From Ginglymostoma cirratum (Eukaryota): 64,000 nucleotides of DNA. A model generated the notes under the pieces. That model ran no database searches. It was not told the DNA's origin and saw only the letters and a program-made list of their open reading frames with translations. Shown here in pieces: positions 1 through 11,550 of this stretch. The position numbers and the translations under genes are program-made. The stretch covers positions 609,421 through 673,420 of the forward strand of contig JAHRHZ010000116.1 in NCBI GenBank assembly GCA_024137785.1, in the 5' to 3' direction. The number at the start of each line of letters is the position of its first letter. Positions within the stretch are counted from its first letter, which is position 1.

Positions 1-2681
1 GGTATAAGAAGTGGGAGAGTGGCATTGCTAATCCGGGATGTTATCACAGCTGCAGAAAGGGAGTTTGTAAAGGAGCTTTTGACTACTGAGTCAGTATGGG
101 TGGAGGTCAGAAATAGGAAAGGTGTAGTCACTTTATAAGCAGTTTTCTATGGAATCCCAAAGGCAACAGAGACACTGAGGAACAGATTGGGAGGCAGATT
201 TTGGAAAGGTGCAGAAGTAGTAGGGCTGTTGTCATGGGTGATTTCAACATCCCTAATATCGACTGGAACCTCTGCAGTGCAAATAGTTGGGATGGAGCAG
301 ATTTTGTCAGGTGTACCCAAGAAGAATTCTTGACTCAATATGTACATAGGCCGACGAGAGGGGAGACCATGTTGGATTTTGGTGATTGGCAACTAACCAG
401 GCCAGGTGTCAGATCTCTCAGTGTGAGAGCATTTCAGTGGTAGTGGTCACAAATCCATGACCTTTACTATCGTCATGGAGAAGGGTAGGAGCAGACGGTA
501 TGGGAAAGTACTTAACTGGGGGACCGGGAATTACAATGCTGTTTGGCAGGAACTGTAGAGCATAAACTGGGAACAGATGCTCTCAAGGAAATGCAAGACA
601 GAAATGCGTAGGTTGTTTAGGGAGCACTTTCTCCGAGTACTGGATACGTTTCTCCCATTGAGGCAAGGAAGGGATGGTAAGGTGAAGGAACTTTGTATGA
701 CAAGCAATGCGGGACATCTAGTCAAGAGGAAGAAGAAATCTTACTTAAAGTTGAACAAGCAAGGACCATACAAGGCTCTAAAGAGTTACAAGGTAGCCAG
801 GAAGGAACTGAAGAGTGGACTTAGGAGAGCTAGAAGGAGGCATGAAAATGCTTCGCAGGCAGGGTTAAGGAAAACCCCAAGGCGTTCCATACTTATGTCA
901 GGAACAAGAGGACGGATAGAGTGAGAATAGGGCCGATCAGGGACAGTGGAGGAAATTTATGCCTGGAGTCAGAGGAGGTAGGGAAGGTTCTTAGTGAATA
1001 ATTTGCTTCAGTATACACTAGTGAGAGGGACCTTGCCGTTGGTGAGGACAGTGCGAAACAGTCTGAACAGGTTGCTGATAGGAAGGAGGATGTGCTAGAA
1101 ATTTTGCGGAACATGAGGATAGATAAGTCCCCTGAGCAAGATGAGATATACTCGAGGCTGTAATGGCAAGCAAGGAGATATTGCTGCTCCTTTGGCGATG
1201 ATCTTTGCGTTACAACGTTGCACTGGAGTAGAACCAAATGATTGGAGGGTGGCAAATGTTATTCCCTTGTTCAAGAAAGGGAATAGGTATAACCCTTGGA
1301 ATTATACACAAGTTAGCCTTACTTCTGTGACAGGCAAATTATTGGAGAGCTTTCTGAGACACAGTATTTACGATTATTTAGAAAAGCATTGTTTGATTAG
1401 AGACAGTAAGCATGGGTTTGTGAGGGACAGGTCATGCCTAACCAGCCTTACTGAATTCTTTGAGGATTTGACAAAACACATTGATGATGGTAGAGCAGTG
1501 GATGTGGTAGAAATGGATTTTAGCCTGGCGTTTAGTAAGGTTTACCATGGTAGACTGATTCCGAAAGTAAGGAGGCATCAGATTCAGGCAAATGTGGCTG
1601 TCTGGACACAGAATTAGTTGTCCAATAGAAGACAGAGGGTGTCAGTAGTTGGTAGTGTTCAGCCTGGAGCTCGGTGACCAGTGACGTGCAGCATGGATCT
1701 GTTCTTGGACCTCTGCCCTTTGTGATCTTTATAAATGTCTTGGATAAGGAAGTGTAAGGGTGGATTAGTAAATTTGCCGATGACACGGAGGTTGGTGGAG
1801 TTTGGACAGCGTGGAGGGCTGTTGTAGATTGCAATGGGACATTGACAGAATGCAGAGCCGGGCAAAGAAGTGACAGATGGAATTTAACACAGAAAAGTGT
1901 GAAGTGATTCATTTTGGAAGTTCGAATTTGAATGCAGAATACAGGGCTAGTCGTAGGATTCTTGGCACTGTGGAGGAACATGGGGATCGTGGGGTCCACG
2001 TCCATAGGCCCGTCAAATTTGCCATTCAAGTTGATAAGGTTGATAAGAAGGTTTATGGTATGTTAGCTTTCATTGGCAGGGGGATTGTGGTTAACAGCAG
2101 CGAGGCTATGCTGCAACTCTTTCAAACCCTGGTTACACCACACTTGGAATATTGTGTTCAGTTCTGGTCACCTCATAATAGGAAGGATGTGGAAGCATTG
2201 GAGAGGTGCTGAGGAGATTTACCAGGATGCTGCCTGGAATAGAGGGCAGGGCTTAAGAGGAAAGGTTGAGGAAGCTAGACGCTTTTCTCATTGGAGCGAA
2301 GATGGATGAGCGGTGTCTTGATAGAGGTGCACAAGATGATGAGAGGCTTAGACAGAATGGATAGCCAGAGATATTTTTTTTTTCCTCGGGAGAAAATGGT
2401 TATCACGAGGGGACACAATTTTAAGGTGATTGGTGGAAGGTTTACGGGAGATGTCAGAGGTAGGTTATTTATACAGAGAGTGATGGATGGGTGTAATGCA
2501 CCGCCATCGGTGGTAATAGAGTCAGATACATTATGGACATTTAAACGACTCTTGGATAGGCACATGGATGATAGTAAAATGAATGGTATGCAGGTTAGTT
2601 TGATATTAGAGAAGGATAAGAGATAGCATACGGTCGTGGACCGAAGGGCTTGGACTGTGCTGCACTGTTCTATGTTCCATA
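1..2681 (+). mobile_element. CR1-clade LINE, degenerate ORF2 (APE endonuclease + RT) and 3' tail
   Basis: Fragmented ORFs with MGDFNIPNIDW, WRVANVIPLFKKG, HGFVRDRSCLT, KFADD (about 1769-1783) and PHLEYCVQFWSP; ends in tgttctatgttcc. Many stops and frameshifts. Confidence 0.93.
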
Positions 2682-3000
2682 TGCAAGTTTTGTGGATTTG
2701 CCATGCTAAATTGCCGATAGTGTCGAAGGATGTGCAGGCTAGGTGGTTTAGAACATAGAACATAGAAAATAGAACAGGCAGAACAGGCCCTTCGGCCCTC
2801 GATGTTGTGCCGACCAGTGAACTAATCTAAGCCCATCCCCCTACACTATCCCATCATCATCCATATGCTTATCCAAGGACTGTTTAAATGCCCCTGGAAA
2901 TGGAAAATCCAGAGATTGGGTAAAGCGAATGCTCTCGGTGGAATACTCTTCAGAAGGTCGGTGTGGAATTGATGGGCATAATGGCTTGTTTCCACGCTGA
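2682..3000 (+). mobile_element. HE1-type SINE 3' half, interrupted by a reverse CR1 3'-end fragment (about 2752-2897)
   Basis: 'gccatgctaaattgcc...ggtcggtgtgga...tgtttccacgctg' matches the SINE at 10997-11322. The insert is the reverse complement of the 3' end of the CR1 at 4175-7016. Confidence 0.7.
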
Positions 3001-4174
3001 AGACAAAGAAACTCTCTACACATGAAAACAAGCCATACTCTACACCAGCATTTAAAGTGTTTTGATCAGGTTTGCTAACAGATAAAGAAAGAGTCAGACA
3101 GACAGGCCACAGCAAAACTCACAAATGAAAATATGCATGTCGAATCACATACAAACACACGTATATTTTCAAACACACAGATATTCACATAGACATTTAA
3201 GCTTCCACACCTGCACACATATACACATTGACCTTCCAAAAAAACACCAATACTTATGTAAACATAAACATTGTTACACTAAACATGTGTACAAGCCATG
3301 CTAAATTTTTGTCTATTGTAGAATACTGGGGAATTTCTGGTCATAACCAAGTGATTATATGGCTCTGTGTCGGTCAACATGGAAAAAAAAACTTGACTCA
3401 CGTCCACCATGCATCCATCCTGTAATATATATAAATCTCCATCCCAAGGAGTTTCTCTATATCACTGGTTAACATCTCACCGATGTCGATCTCCTTCCTT
3501 TTTCTCTCTATTACTCAATGCTGTCTTTACTTACCTTCATTCCTTCCTTCTAGTGGGTTGTCTCTGTATCATTGTTATTAGCCTTTTGTTAATTCAGAAG
3601 CCATAACGGACCAAACAAAAATCTACAGATATTGCATCTAATCTCAATTTCTGAGTGCATCTGATCGTCTGCATTTCCATGGCGTTTCTCCAGTTACGGA
3701 TTCCGCTATTTTTCTCGAGGATTAAATAACGTACTGCATAAGAAGCCCCAGGTTTTTGCTTTTTGGTTCATGTGTGGGTGGAAGTGTACCAAGTGCATTT
3801 TGAGATCTTGCCTGTTATGTACTGTTATGAAGAGAGTTTCTGTTTATTTCGGAGCTGCGTGCCTGTCAACAAGACATGACGACAGACGTGTGAATAACTT
3901 GAAGCTAAATGCAACCAACCCAAGTGAGTCACAGTAAGATTCGCATTATCAACGCATTAACGTTGATAAAATCTTTCCATATTTATTTCCATATTAGTTT
4001 TGAAATAAACTAATTGTTATATTTTTAAAGTTTCATTTGGCATCCCGATTTAGAAATATGAGGCCATATATTCACTTTAATTGGATAAAAACCCGGGAAT
4101 ATCTTCCCAAAAGATATTATGAGTCCACTTACAGGCCAAGAGTGGTCGTGGTTTGAACAAGTGTTTCGCTACTA

Positions 4175-7016
4175 TTCCGGAATAAGGTAGGTGAGCTTGC
4201 AGCATGGATAGGTACCTGGGACTTCGATGTTGTGGCCATTTCGGAGACGTGGATAGAGAAGGGTCAGGAATGGATGTTGCAGGTTCCAGGGTTTAGACCT
4301 TTCATAAAGATCAGGGAAGTTGGTAAAAGAGGGGGAGGTGTGGCTTTGTTAGTCAAGTACAGTATAATGGTAGCTGAAAGAACTTTTGACGAGGAATTGT
4401 CCACTAAGGTGGTATGGGCTGAGGTCAGAAACAGGAGAGGAGAGGTCACACTGCTAGGAGTTTTTTATAGGCCTCCGCAAAGTTCCAGGGATGTGGAGGA
4501 GAGGATCGGCAAAACGACTCTGGGCAGGAGGGAAAGGAACAAGGTGGTCATTATGGGAGACTTTAACTTCCCCAACATTGACTGGAAAGGCTATAACTCT
4601 AGTACGTCTGATGATTCGGTTTTCGTCCAATGTGTGCAGGAGGGTTTCCTGACACAGTATGTCGAAGGGCCGACAAGAGGGGAGGCCACACTGGATCTGG
4701 TACTTGGTAATGAACCAGGCCAGGTGCTTGATTCAGTGGTAGATGAGCACTTTGGAAAGAGTGACCATAACTCGGTTACGTTTAGTTTAGCGATGGAAAG
4801 GGATAGGAACATGCCAGTGGGCAAGAATTATAGATGGGGGAAGGGCAATTATAATGCGATTAGGCAAGACCTAGGAGGGATAGAATGGGGTCGCAAAATG
4901 CAGGGGATGTGGACAATCGAAATGTGGAGCTGGTTTAAGGAACAGATATTGCGTGTCCTTGACAGGTATGTCCCTGTCAGGCAGGGAGGAAGTGATAAGG
5001 TATGTGAACCTTGGTTTACAAAAGAAATTGTATCTCTTGTTAAGTGGAAGAGGGAGGCTTATGTGACATTGAGACGAGATGGTTCAGATGAGGCGATGGA
5101 GTGTTACAGATTAGCTAGGAAGGATTTAAAGAGAGAGTTAAGAAGAGCAAGGAGGGGACATGAGCATTCATTAGCAGACAGAATTAAGGAGAAAGCTAAA
5201 GCTTTCTATAGGTGTGTGGGGAATAAAAGGATGACTAGGGTAAGAATAGGGCCAGTCAAAGACAGAAATGGGAAGTTGCGTGTGGACCCTGTGGAGGTCG
5301 GAGAGGTGCTAAACAAATATTTCTTATCTGTTTTCACTCGGGAAAAGGAGAATATTATAGAGGAGAAGACTGAGATGCGGGCTATTAGACTTGAAAGGAT
5401 TGAGGTTAGTAAGGAGGAGGTGTTATCAATCCTAGAAGGTGTGAAGTTAGATAAATCCCCTGGTCAGAATGGGATTTTTCCGAGGATTCTCTGGGAAGCG
5501 AGGGAGGAGATGGCGGATCCTTTGGCCTTGATCTTTGAGTTGTCATTGTCTACAGGTTGAGTACTAGAGGACTGGAGGATTGCAAATGTTGTGCCCTTGT
5601 TCAAGAAGGGCAGTAGAGATGATACAGGTAATTATAGACCAGTGAGCCTGACATCTGTTGGAGGAAAAGTTTTGGAAAGGATTATAAGAGATAGGATTTA
5701 TAATCATCTGGCAAGCAAGAATTTGATTGTAGATAGTCAACATGGATTCGTCAAGGGCAGGTCGTGTCTCACAAACCTCATTGAGTTTTTTGAGAAGGTG
5801 ACCAAGCATGTGGATGAGGGTAGGGTAGTTGACGTGGTGTACATGGACTTCAGTAAAGCCTTTGATAAGGTTCCACATGGTAGGCTATTGGAGAAAATGC
5901 GGACGCATGGGGTTGAGGGATATTTTGCAGTTTGGATAAGAAACTGGCTTTCTGAAAGAAGGCAAAGAGTGGTGGTTGATGGAAAATATTCAGCCTGGAG
6001 TCCAGTTACTAGTGGTGTGCTACAAGGATCTGTTTTGGGACCAGTGTTGTTTGTCATTTTTATAAATGACTTGGACGCAGACATAGGTGGATGAGTTAGG
6101 AAGTTTGCAGATGACACTAAAGTCGGTGGAGTGGTGGAAAGTGTGGAAGAATGTTGCAGGTTGCAGGGAGACTTAGATAAACTGCAGAATTGGGCTGAAA
6201 GCTGGCAAATGGAGTTCAATGCAGATAAATGTGAGGTGATGCACTTTGGGAAGAATAATAGGAAGGCAGAAAACTGGGTCAATGGAAAGATTCTTGGTAG
6301 TGTGGATGTGCAGAGGGATCTTGGTGTTCAGATTCATAGATCCCTGAAAGTTGCCATCCAGGTTGATAGTGCTGTTAAGAAGGCATACGGTGTGTTACGT
6401 TTCATTGGTGGAGGGATTGAGTTCCGGAGCCGTAATGTCATGCTGCAACTGTACAAAACGCTAGTGCGGCCTCACTTGGAATATTGCGTACAATTCTGGT
6501 CGTCCCATGACAGGAAGGATGTGGAAGCATTGGAAAAGGTGCAGAGGAGATTTACCAGGATATTGCCTGGTCTGGAGCGAAGGTCTTATGAGGAAAGGCT
6601 GAGGGACTTGGGTCTGTTCTCATTGGAGAGAAGAAGGCTAAGAGGGGATTTAATAGAGACCTACAAAATGATCAGAGGATTCGATAGGGTGGACAGTGAG
6701 AGTCTTTTTCCCAGGATGATGACGTTGGCTAGTACGAGGGGGCATAGCTGCAAATTGAGGGGTGATAGATTTAAGACAGATGTCAGAGGCAGGTTCTTTA
6801 CTCAGAGAGTGGTAAGGGCGTGGAATGCCCTGCCTGCCAATGTAGTTAACTCAGCCACATTCGGGGCATTTAAACAGTCCTTGGATAAGCAAATGGTTGA
6901 TGATGGGATAGTTTAGGGGGATGAGCTTAGATTAGTTCACAGGTCGGCGCAACATCGAGGGCCGAAGGGCCTGTTCTGCGCTGTATTGTTCTATGTTCTA
7001 TGTTCTATGTTCTATG
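4175..7016 (+). mobile_element. Young CR1 LINE, nearly complete ORF2 (APE + RT), 5'-truncated
   Basis: ORFs 4232-5560, 5591-6094 and 6131-6916 share one frame, separated only by TGA at 5558 and 6092. Motifs AISETW, MGDFNFPNIDW, SDHN, QGSVLGP, FADD; (TTCTATG)n tail. Confidence 0.96.
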
Positions 7017-7814
7017 TACCATTACCTTTGGGGAACTAGCGATCGTTAATAACTGCTCACCCAGCTCCTGGTGTCCATGTCCCGAAAGAGAATGAATCTT
7101 GCCTGAAAAGAGATGAATGATATAAGGGACACATTTTCACTCAGTGTAAAGAGAGAATCTAGGATTCTGACACATGGTGGGGTGGATTTAAGCGCAGTAA
7201 ACGTAAATGCTGTATATGTCTTTTCAGGGTATATTGACAAGTACAGGGGAGAGAAATGATAAGGCAGTTATTGACCAGTTTGAGAAGAAACAATGGATTG
7301 GATAATTCATTAATACAAACTGGTTGGGATGAACGGTCTGTTTCGCTGTTGTGAAACAAAAAGTATTTTCAGATAGCTGGATACTTGAACCATTATCTCC
7401 TCTCCACCTTTCGCCCATGGTGTATAATTTTATGTTGCTGAGCCCAAGACCAAAGAGCAGATCATATGGCACTGTAAACTACAGCACTTATAGCTGTCGA
7501 AAATCCCTTGGTGGAAATGAACCACAGCGCCAACACATTGCTCAGCTCATGAACAGGTACCAGAACCATGATGAATGGAAACACCAGCTTCTTACGACCG
7601 GCTTGGACAGTGTGGCCAGAGGGAGGATTCGAAACACACTTAACTGGGAACAGAAACACAGCGCACTAACAATTAAAAACATGGGGATTCAAATATTTCC
7701 ATCTGCGACTATTCAATGATCATCACCTTATTATAAACAATGAACAGCCCATGCAGAAACCCGTGGCAGAGAGGACCATACCATACGACTTTCCATCTCA
7801 AACTTAAAAACCTT

Positions 7815-8105
7815 TCATAGAACATAGAACAGTACAGCACAGGACAGGCCCTTCAGCCGACGATGTTGTGCCGATCTATTATCCTACTAGATTAAACTTC
7901 CCTGCATACCTTACATTTTACTATCCTCCATGTACCTATCCAAGAGTCGCTTAAAAGTCTCTGAAGCATCTGACTCCATCACCACTGCAGGCAGCGCATT
8001 CCACATGCCCACCACTCTCTGTGTGAAGAACCTACTGCTAAAATTTCCCCTACACCTTCCTCCAATCACCTTAAAATTATGCCCCCTCGTAATACTCATT
8101 TGTTA
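7815..8105 (-). mobile_element. CR1 3'-end fragment
   Basis: Minus ORF TRGHNFKVIGGR..FFTQRVVGMWNALP; atagaac tail. Confidence 0.85.
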
Positions 8106-9552
8106 CAGAGGAACACTGCCGTCAATGAACATAATAAACATCACAGATTCATGTCTTCAAACCAAATTGAAAAGGTCTGTCAACATTGCACCACAGCACG
8201 TGGTCAAATACGCCTTTAAAACGTTCATTCATATTCAAGTAAAAACTGCCTTACTCTGTTATTCTACTTTATGCAACCCCAATGGTATCAACAAATTGTC
8301 TCCGCTACACCCACCCACCGCCCGCCATCTCCGTAATCCACACGGATATTGAAGATAACGTTTGTTTGGATTATGTTGTCTGCTGCTGCTCTCCCTCTGA
8401 CTGAATCGCTGGTGGTTTTCATTGTTCGCAGTGGCAGTAGCACCAGATCATCAGCAGAGTGTACTATTTTATCACTTTAAACATAAGCTGAAGAAAACGG
8501 CAGAGAAGTTCTTTCTAATTCGGGCAAAGACAAAATATCCCGTATTGCACATAAAAGCACACGCATGCACATAAGAACACCACACGAACTGCACACGCTC
8601 ACATGGACATGAATACACACTGACACTCTCAGACACTGCTACACCCTCAGAGTCGTGCACACAAGTGTACAAATGTTCATATGCCCAGGAAGAGATACAG
8701 ACTGGATTACACTTGCGCACTGTCTCACAAACTTATCTGTGCACAAGATTCCCTAAATTAATGCCTGTTGCAATATTCGTACAAATGTAATGCCTTTATA
8801 ACTGTCAGCATTAATTGCAAAGTCTGTGCATTTGCTGTATTTTTTGAGATGCTAATGCAACGCTCTGGATAAAATAGAATGAAAATTCAATCCATGATCC
8901 GTTGCCTCACAGAATATGGGCAACTTGAAATAAGAGAATACAACAGCTCGGGTGGAGGTTAGTTGGGGCTGCAGTCACAAACTCGTCACACAGCACCCCA
9001 TCCCATCACTCTTCCCATGGTTCAGGACCTTTGAAATAAAGAGAATAAAATAGAATCCAGCGACCTACCAAGCAGTTTATTCCATGTCACAATAATTGCT
9101 ACAAAAATGAGCTTTCCTTATTTTGTCTATGACTTCTTTTCTCCCTGTATATACTTCTGAATAGAGCGGGATAACAGAGAAATTTGGAATGATCAAGTCG
9201 TTTCGACAAAACCAACACGGGTTTATGAAAAGCAAATCAATTTTAACAAATTTACTAAAGTTTTCTTTTGAGAATGGAAATAGTGGAGTGGCTGACAGAG
9301 AGCCAGATGATTTGGTTTATTTGAATTTTCAGAAAATGTTTGATAATCTCCCGTGAAAGATGTTAGTGAAACACATCGAAGTGGATATAATGTATTTGCA
9401 TAGATCGAGCATTGGTTGACAGACAAGAAACAGTGGCAATAGACGAGTGACTTTCTGAGTGACAGGCAGTGACACTCAATTCACGCAATTCGACAATGTT
9501 CGCAATGAATCAATGCTCTTACATAGAAAACGTGGATGCCAAAAACTCGCGT

Positions 9553-9713
9553 ATTTGCATCAGGCGTCGATGGCTGGCAACCAATAAGATGTTTCCACAA
9601 ACACGCCCCCTTTTCTGCCCTCTCATCAACCCTTGTGATTGTGGATCAGAAAAACAACAATCTGTCAAACTGCTTTTCAGTGAGTGACTGGAATATAGGC
9701 TTTCTCATTTAAC
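9553..9713 (+). promoter_or_regulatory. Promoter of VH-like V1: octamer ATTTGCAT (9553-9560), AGTGAGTGAC (9679-9688), CTCATTTAAC (9704-9713)
   Basis: Motifs lie about 15-175 bp upstream of the leader ATG; variants recur upstream of the VH-like copies at 40234, 47041 and about 49680. Confidence 0.55.
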
Positions 9714-9728
9714 ACGGCCTCAGGAAGA

Positions 9729-10206
9729 ATGGCGCCAGCGATGTCTCTCGCTCTTGTTCTTACTTTACTGTCCAGTGCGTTGCTCTAATTAATTTTCTGT
9801 ATAATTTTAACAATATCAGATTATCTATTCATCCTCTCCCCGGGGAGAGTTAAATGCCCTGGAGTCACACTAGCTTAATGAATACTCCCTTACCTTACTA
9901 GGTGCCCATTCGAAGCCGGCGTTAACTCAGTCAGAAGCACAGACAGGGTTTACCTGACATTCCATGAGACAGATCTGCAAAACCAGCGGATTCGATTTGC
10001 GCAGGTCCAGGATGTACTGGTACCGACAAAGTCCTTGGAAGGGCCCAGAATGGCTTGTTGAGTACTACAGTGAAAGCATCAATGATTATAATACAGAGGT
10101 CAAAAATCGAGTTATTGCTTCTAAAGACCTTTCAAACAATATCTTTGCTTTGGATATCAGAACACTGACAATGTCAGACAGTGCAATATATTATTGTGCG
10201 CAGAGA
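9729..10206 (+). pseudogene. IgH(VH)-like V segment V1 (TAILV/VHdelta-like), one in-frame stop in FR1
   Basis: Leader exon 9729-9774 MAPAMSLALVLTLLS, GT at 9775, AG at 9900-9901. V exon ..KPALTQSEAQTGFT*HSMRQICKTSGFDLRRSRMYWYRQSPWKGPEWLVEYYSESINDYNTEVKNRVIASKDLSNNIFALDIRTLTMSDSAIYYCAQR; TGA at 9955. Confidence 0.93.
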
Positions 10207-10245
10207 CACAGTGAGACAGATCAGTTACACACTTGTACAAAAACC
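10207..10245 (+). other. Canonical 23-RSS
   Basis: CACAGTG (10207-10213), 23-nt spacer, ACAAAAACC (10237-10245): exact consensus. Confidence 0.97.
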
Positions 10246-10996
10246 CAGAAGAGGAAATGTAATATTTTCAATAGTTGGAAAATATCAATATGCTCGCAAT
10301 TGACAGCAGCTCACCTCAGGTTATACCAACGAGTGGGTGAAGTCCATTCGGTCTATCATGTCTCTGCCTGCTCTTTCAAATTGTTCCCCAATTATTCCCT
10401 CTCTACTACTTCAATAGGGCTGAAAGTTTTAAACTCTTACAAGTCTCCACCATTGTCTGGTTACCTTCTAAAATTGTTGCTTTCTTTTCCTGTCTTGCTG
10501 CCCGAAAGTAGTAGCCAAAGCTTTTACTCAGGTATTCTTCACTTGTGTGACAGGCAAAAGACAGAGATTCGACTCGGACATATTGTTCAAACAAACTCTT
10601 CTTTAATTAACGCTTTAGTGCTAATACTCAATGTAAAAAGTATGTTTGTTGCAACATTTACTTCTTACTTTATCTAACAACTGCAAATTTAACAACTTTA
10701 TTTAACATCACTTTACTTTACATTACCTTGAGTCGCAGTTAAGCCTAAGTATAACTTTAACACTATACGTTTAGATTTAAATAAGTATTACACGAATAGA
10801 ATGAAGTGGTCAACTTGCTCTTGATGTAGCTCTCATCTCATGTTTCGTCGTCTTCTTTGAAGATATCTTCAAGACACATGCTTCCCAATTGTGGTGTTCA
10901 AGTCTGCCATAAGACAAAATTCTTTGCTCTACTAAATTTAATCAGCCAATGTAAACATTTCCAGAAACCTCAATGGCACTCGTTCAATGAATTTAG

Positions 10997-11322
10997 CAGG
11001 TGGCACGGTGGCTCAGTGGTTAACACTGCTGCCTCACAGCGCCAGATACCCAGGCTCGATTCCAGTCTCAGGTGACTGTCTGTGTGGAGATTGCACGTTC
11101 TCCCTGTGTCTGCGTGGGTTTCCTCTGGGTGCTCCGGTTTCCTCCCACATTTCAAATATGTGCAGGTTAGGTGGATTGGCCCTGCTAAATTGCCCGTAGT
11201 GTTCCGGGATGTGTAGATTAGATGGGTTACAAGGGATCGGGTGTGGTTGGGAGACTCCAAGTTTTGGTGTGGACTTGTTGGGCCGAAGAACCTGTTTCCA
11301 CACTGTAGGGATTCTGGATTCT
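10997..11322 (+). mobile_element. tRNA-derived V-SINE, HE1-like
   Basis: A box 'ggtggctcagtggtta', B-box-like 'ggctcgattcc', V-domain 'ctgcgtgggtttcctctgggtgctccggtttcctcccaca', CR1-like tail. Confidence 0.88.
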
Positions 11323-11450
11323 AGAAGCCTCATCACAATGGAATTTACTGGTAAGCTATTCCCAAGTGTTTGCGCCGAGTAGCAATAGTTGAAATTGCTT
11401 CTTATCAGGCAGCTACTGGTGCCAATATGTCTAGCAGGATAGTATGATAC

Positions 11451-11550
11451 CAAGATGACAATGTGTAGAGCAGGATGAACACAGCAGGCCATAGCCGCAT
11501 CACAGGAGCAGGAAGGCTGATGTTTCGGGCCGAGACCCGTCATCTCACTG
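11451..11550 (-). mobile_element. Penelope terminal-repeat (pLTR) fragment with degenerate hammerhead motif
   Basis: Reverse complement reads gagatgacgggtctcggcccgaaacatcagccttcctgctcc, homologous to the end of the Penelope element at 25836-27370. Confidence 0.65.

Noticed and set aside
3751-3790. Nonamer-like GGTTTTTGC
   Set aside because: No heptamer at 12 or 23 nt.
5564-6282. Minus-strand ORFs over CR1
   Set aside because: Antisense shadows of the RT coding sequence.
9964-10677. 237-aa ORF as a complete gene
   Set aside because: Only the first 81 aa are V exon; the rest is read-through across the RSS into flank.
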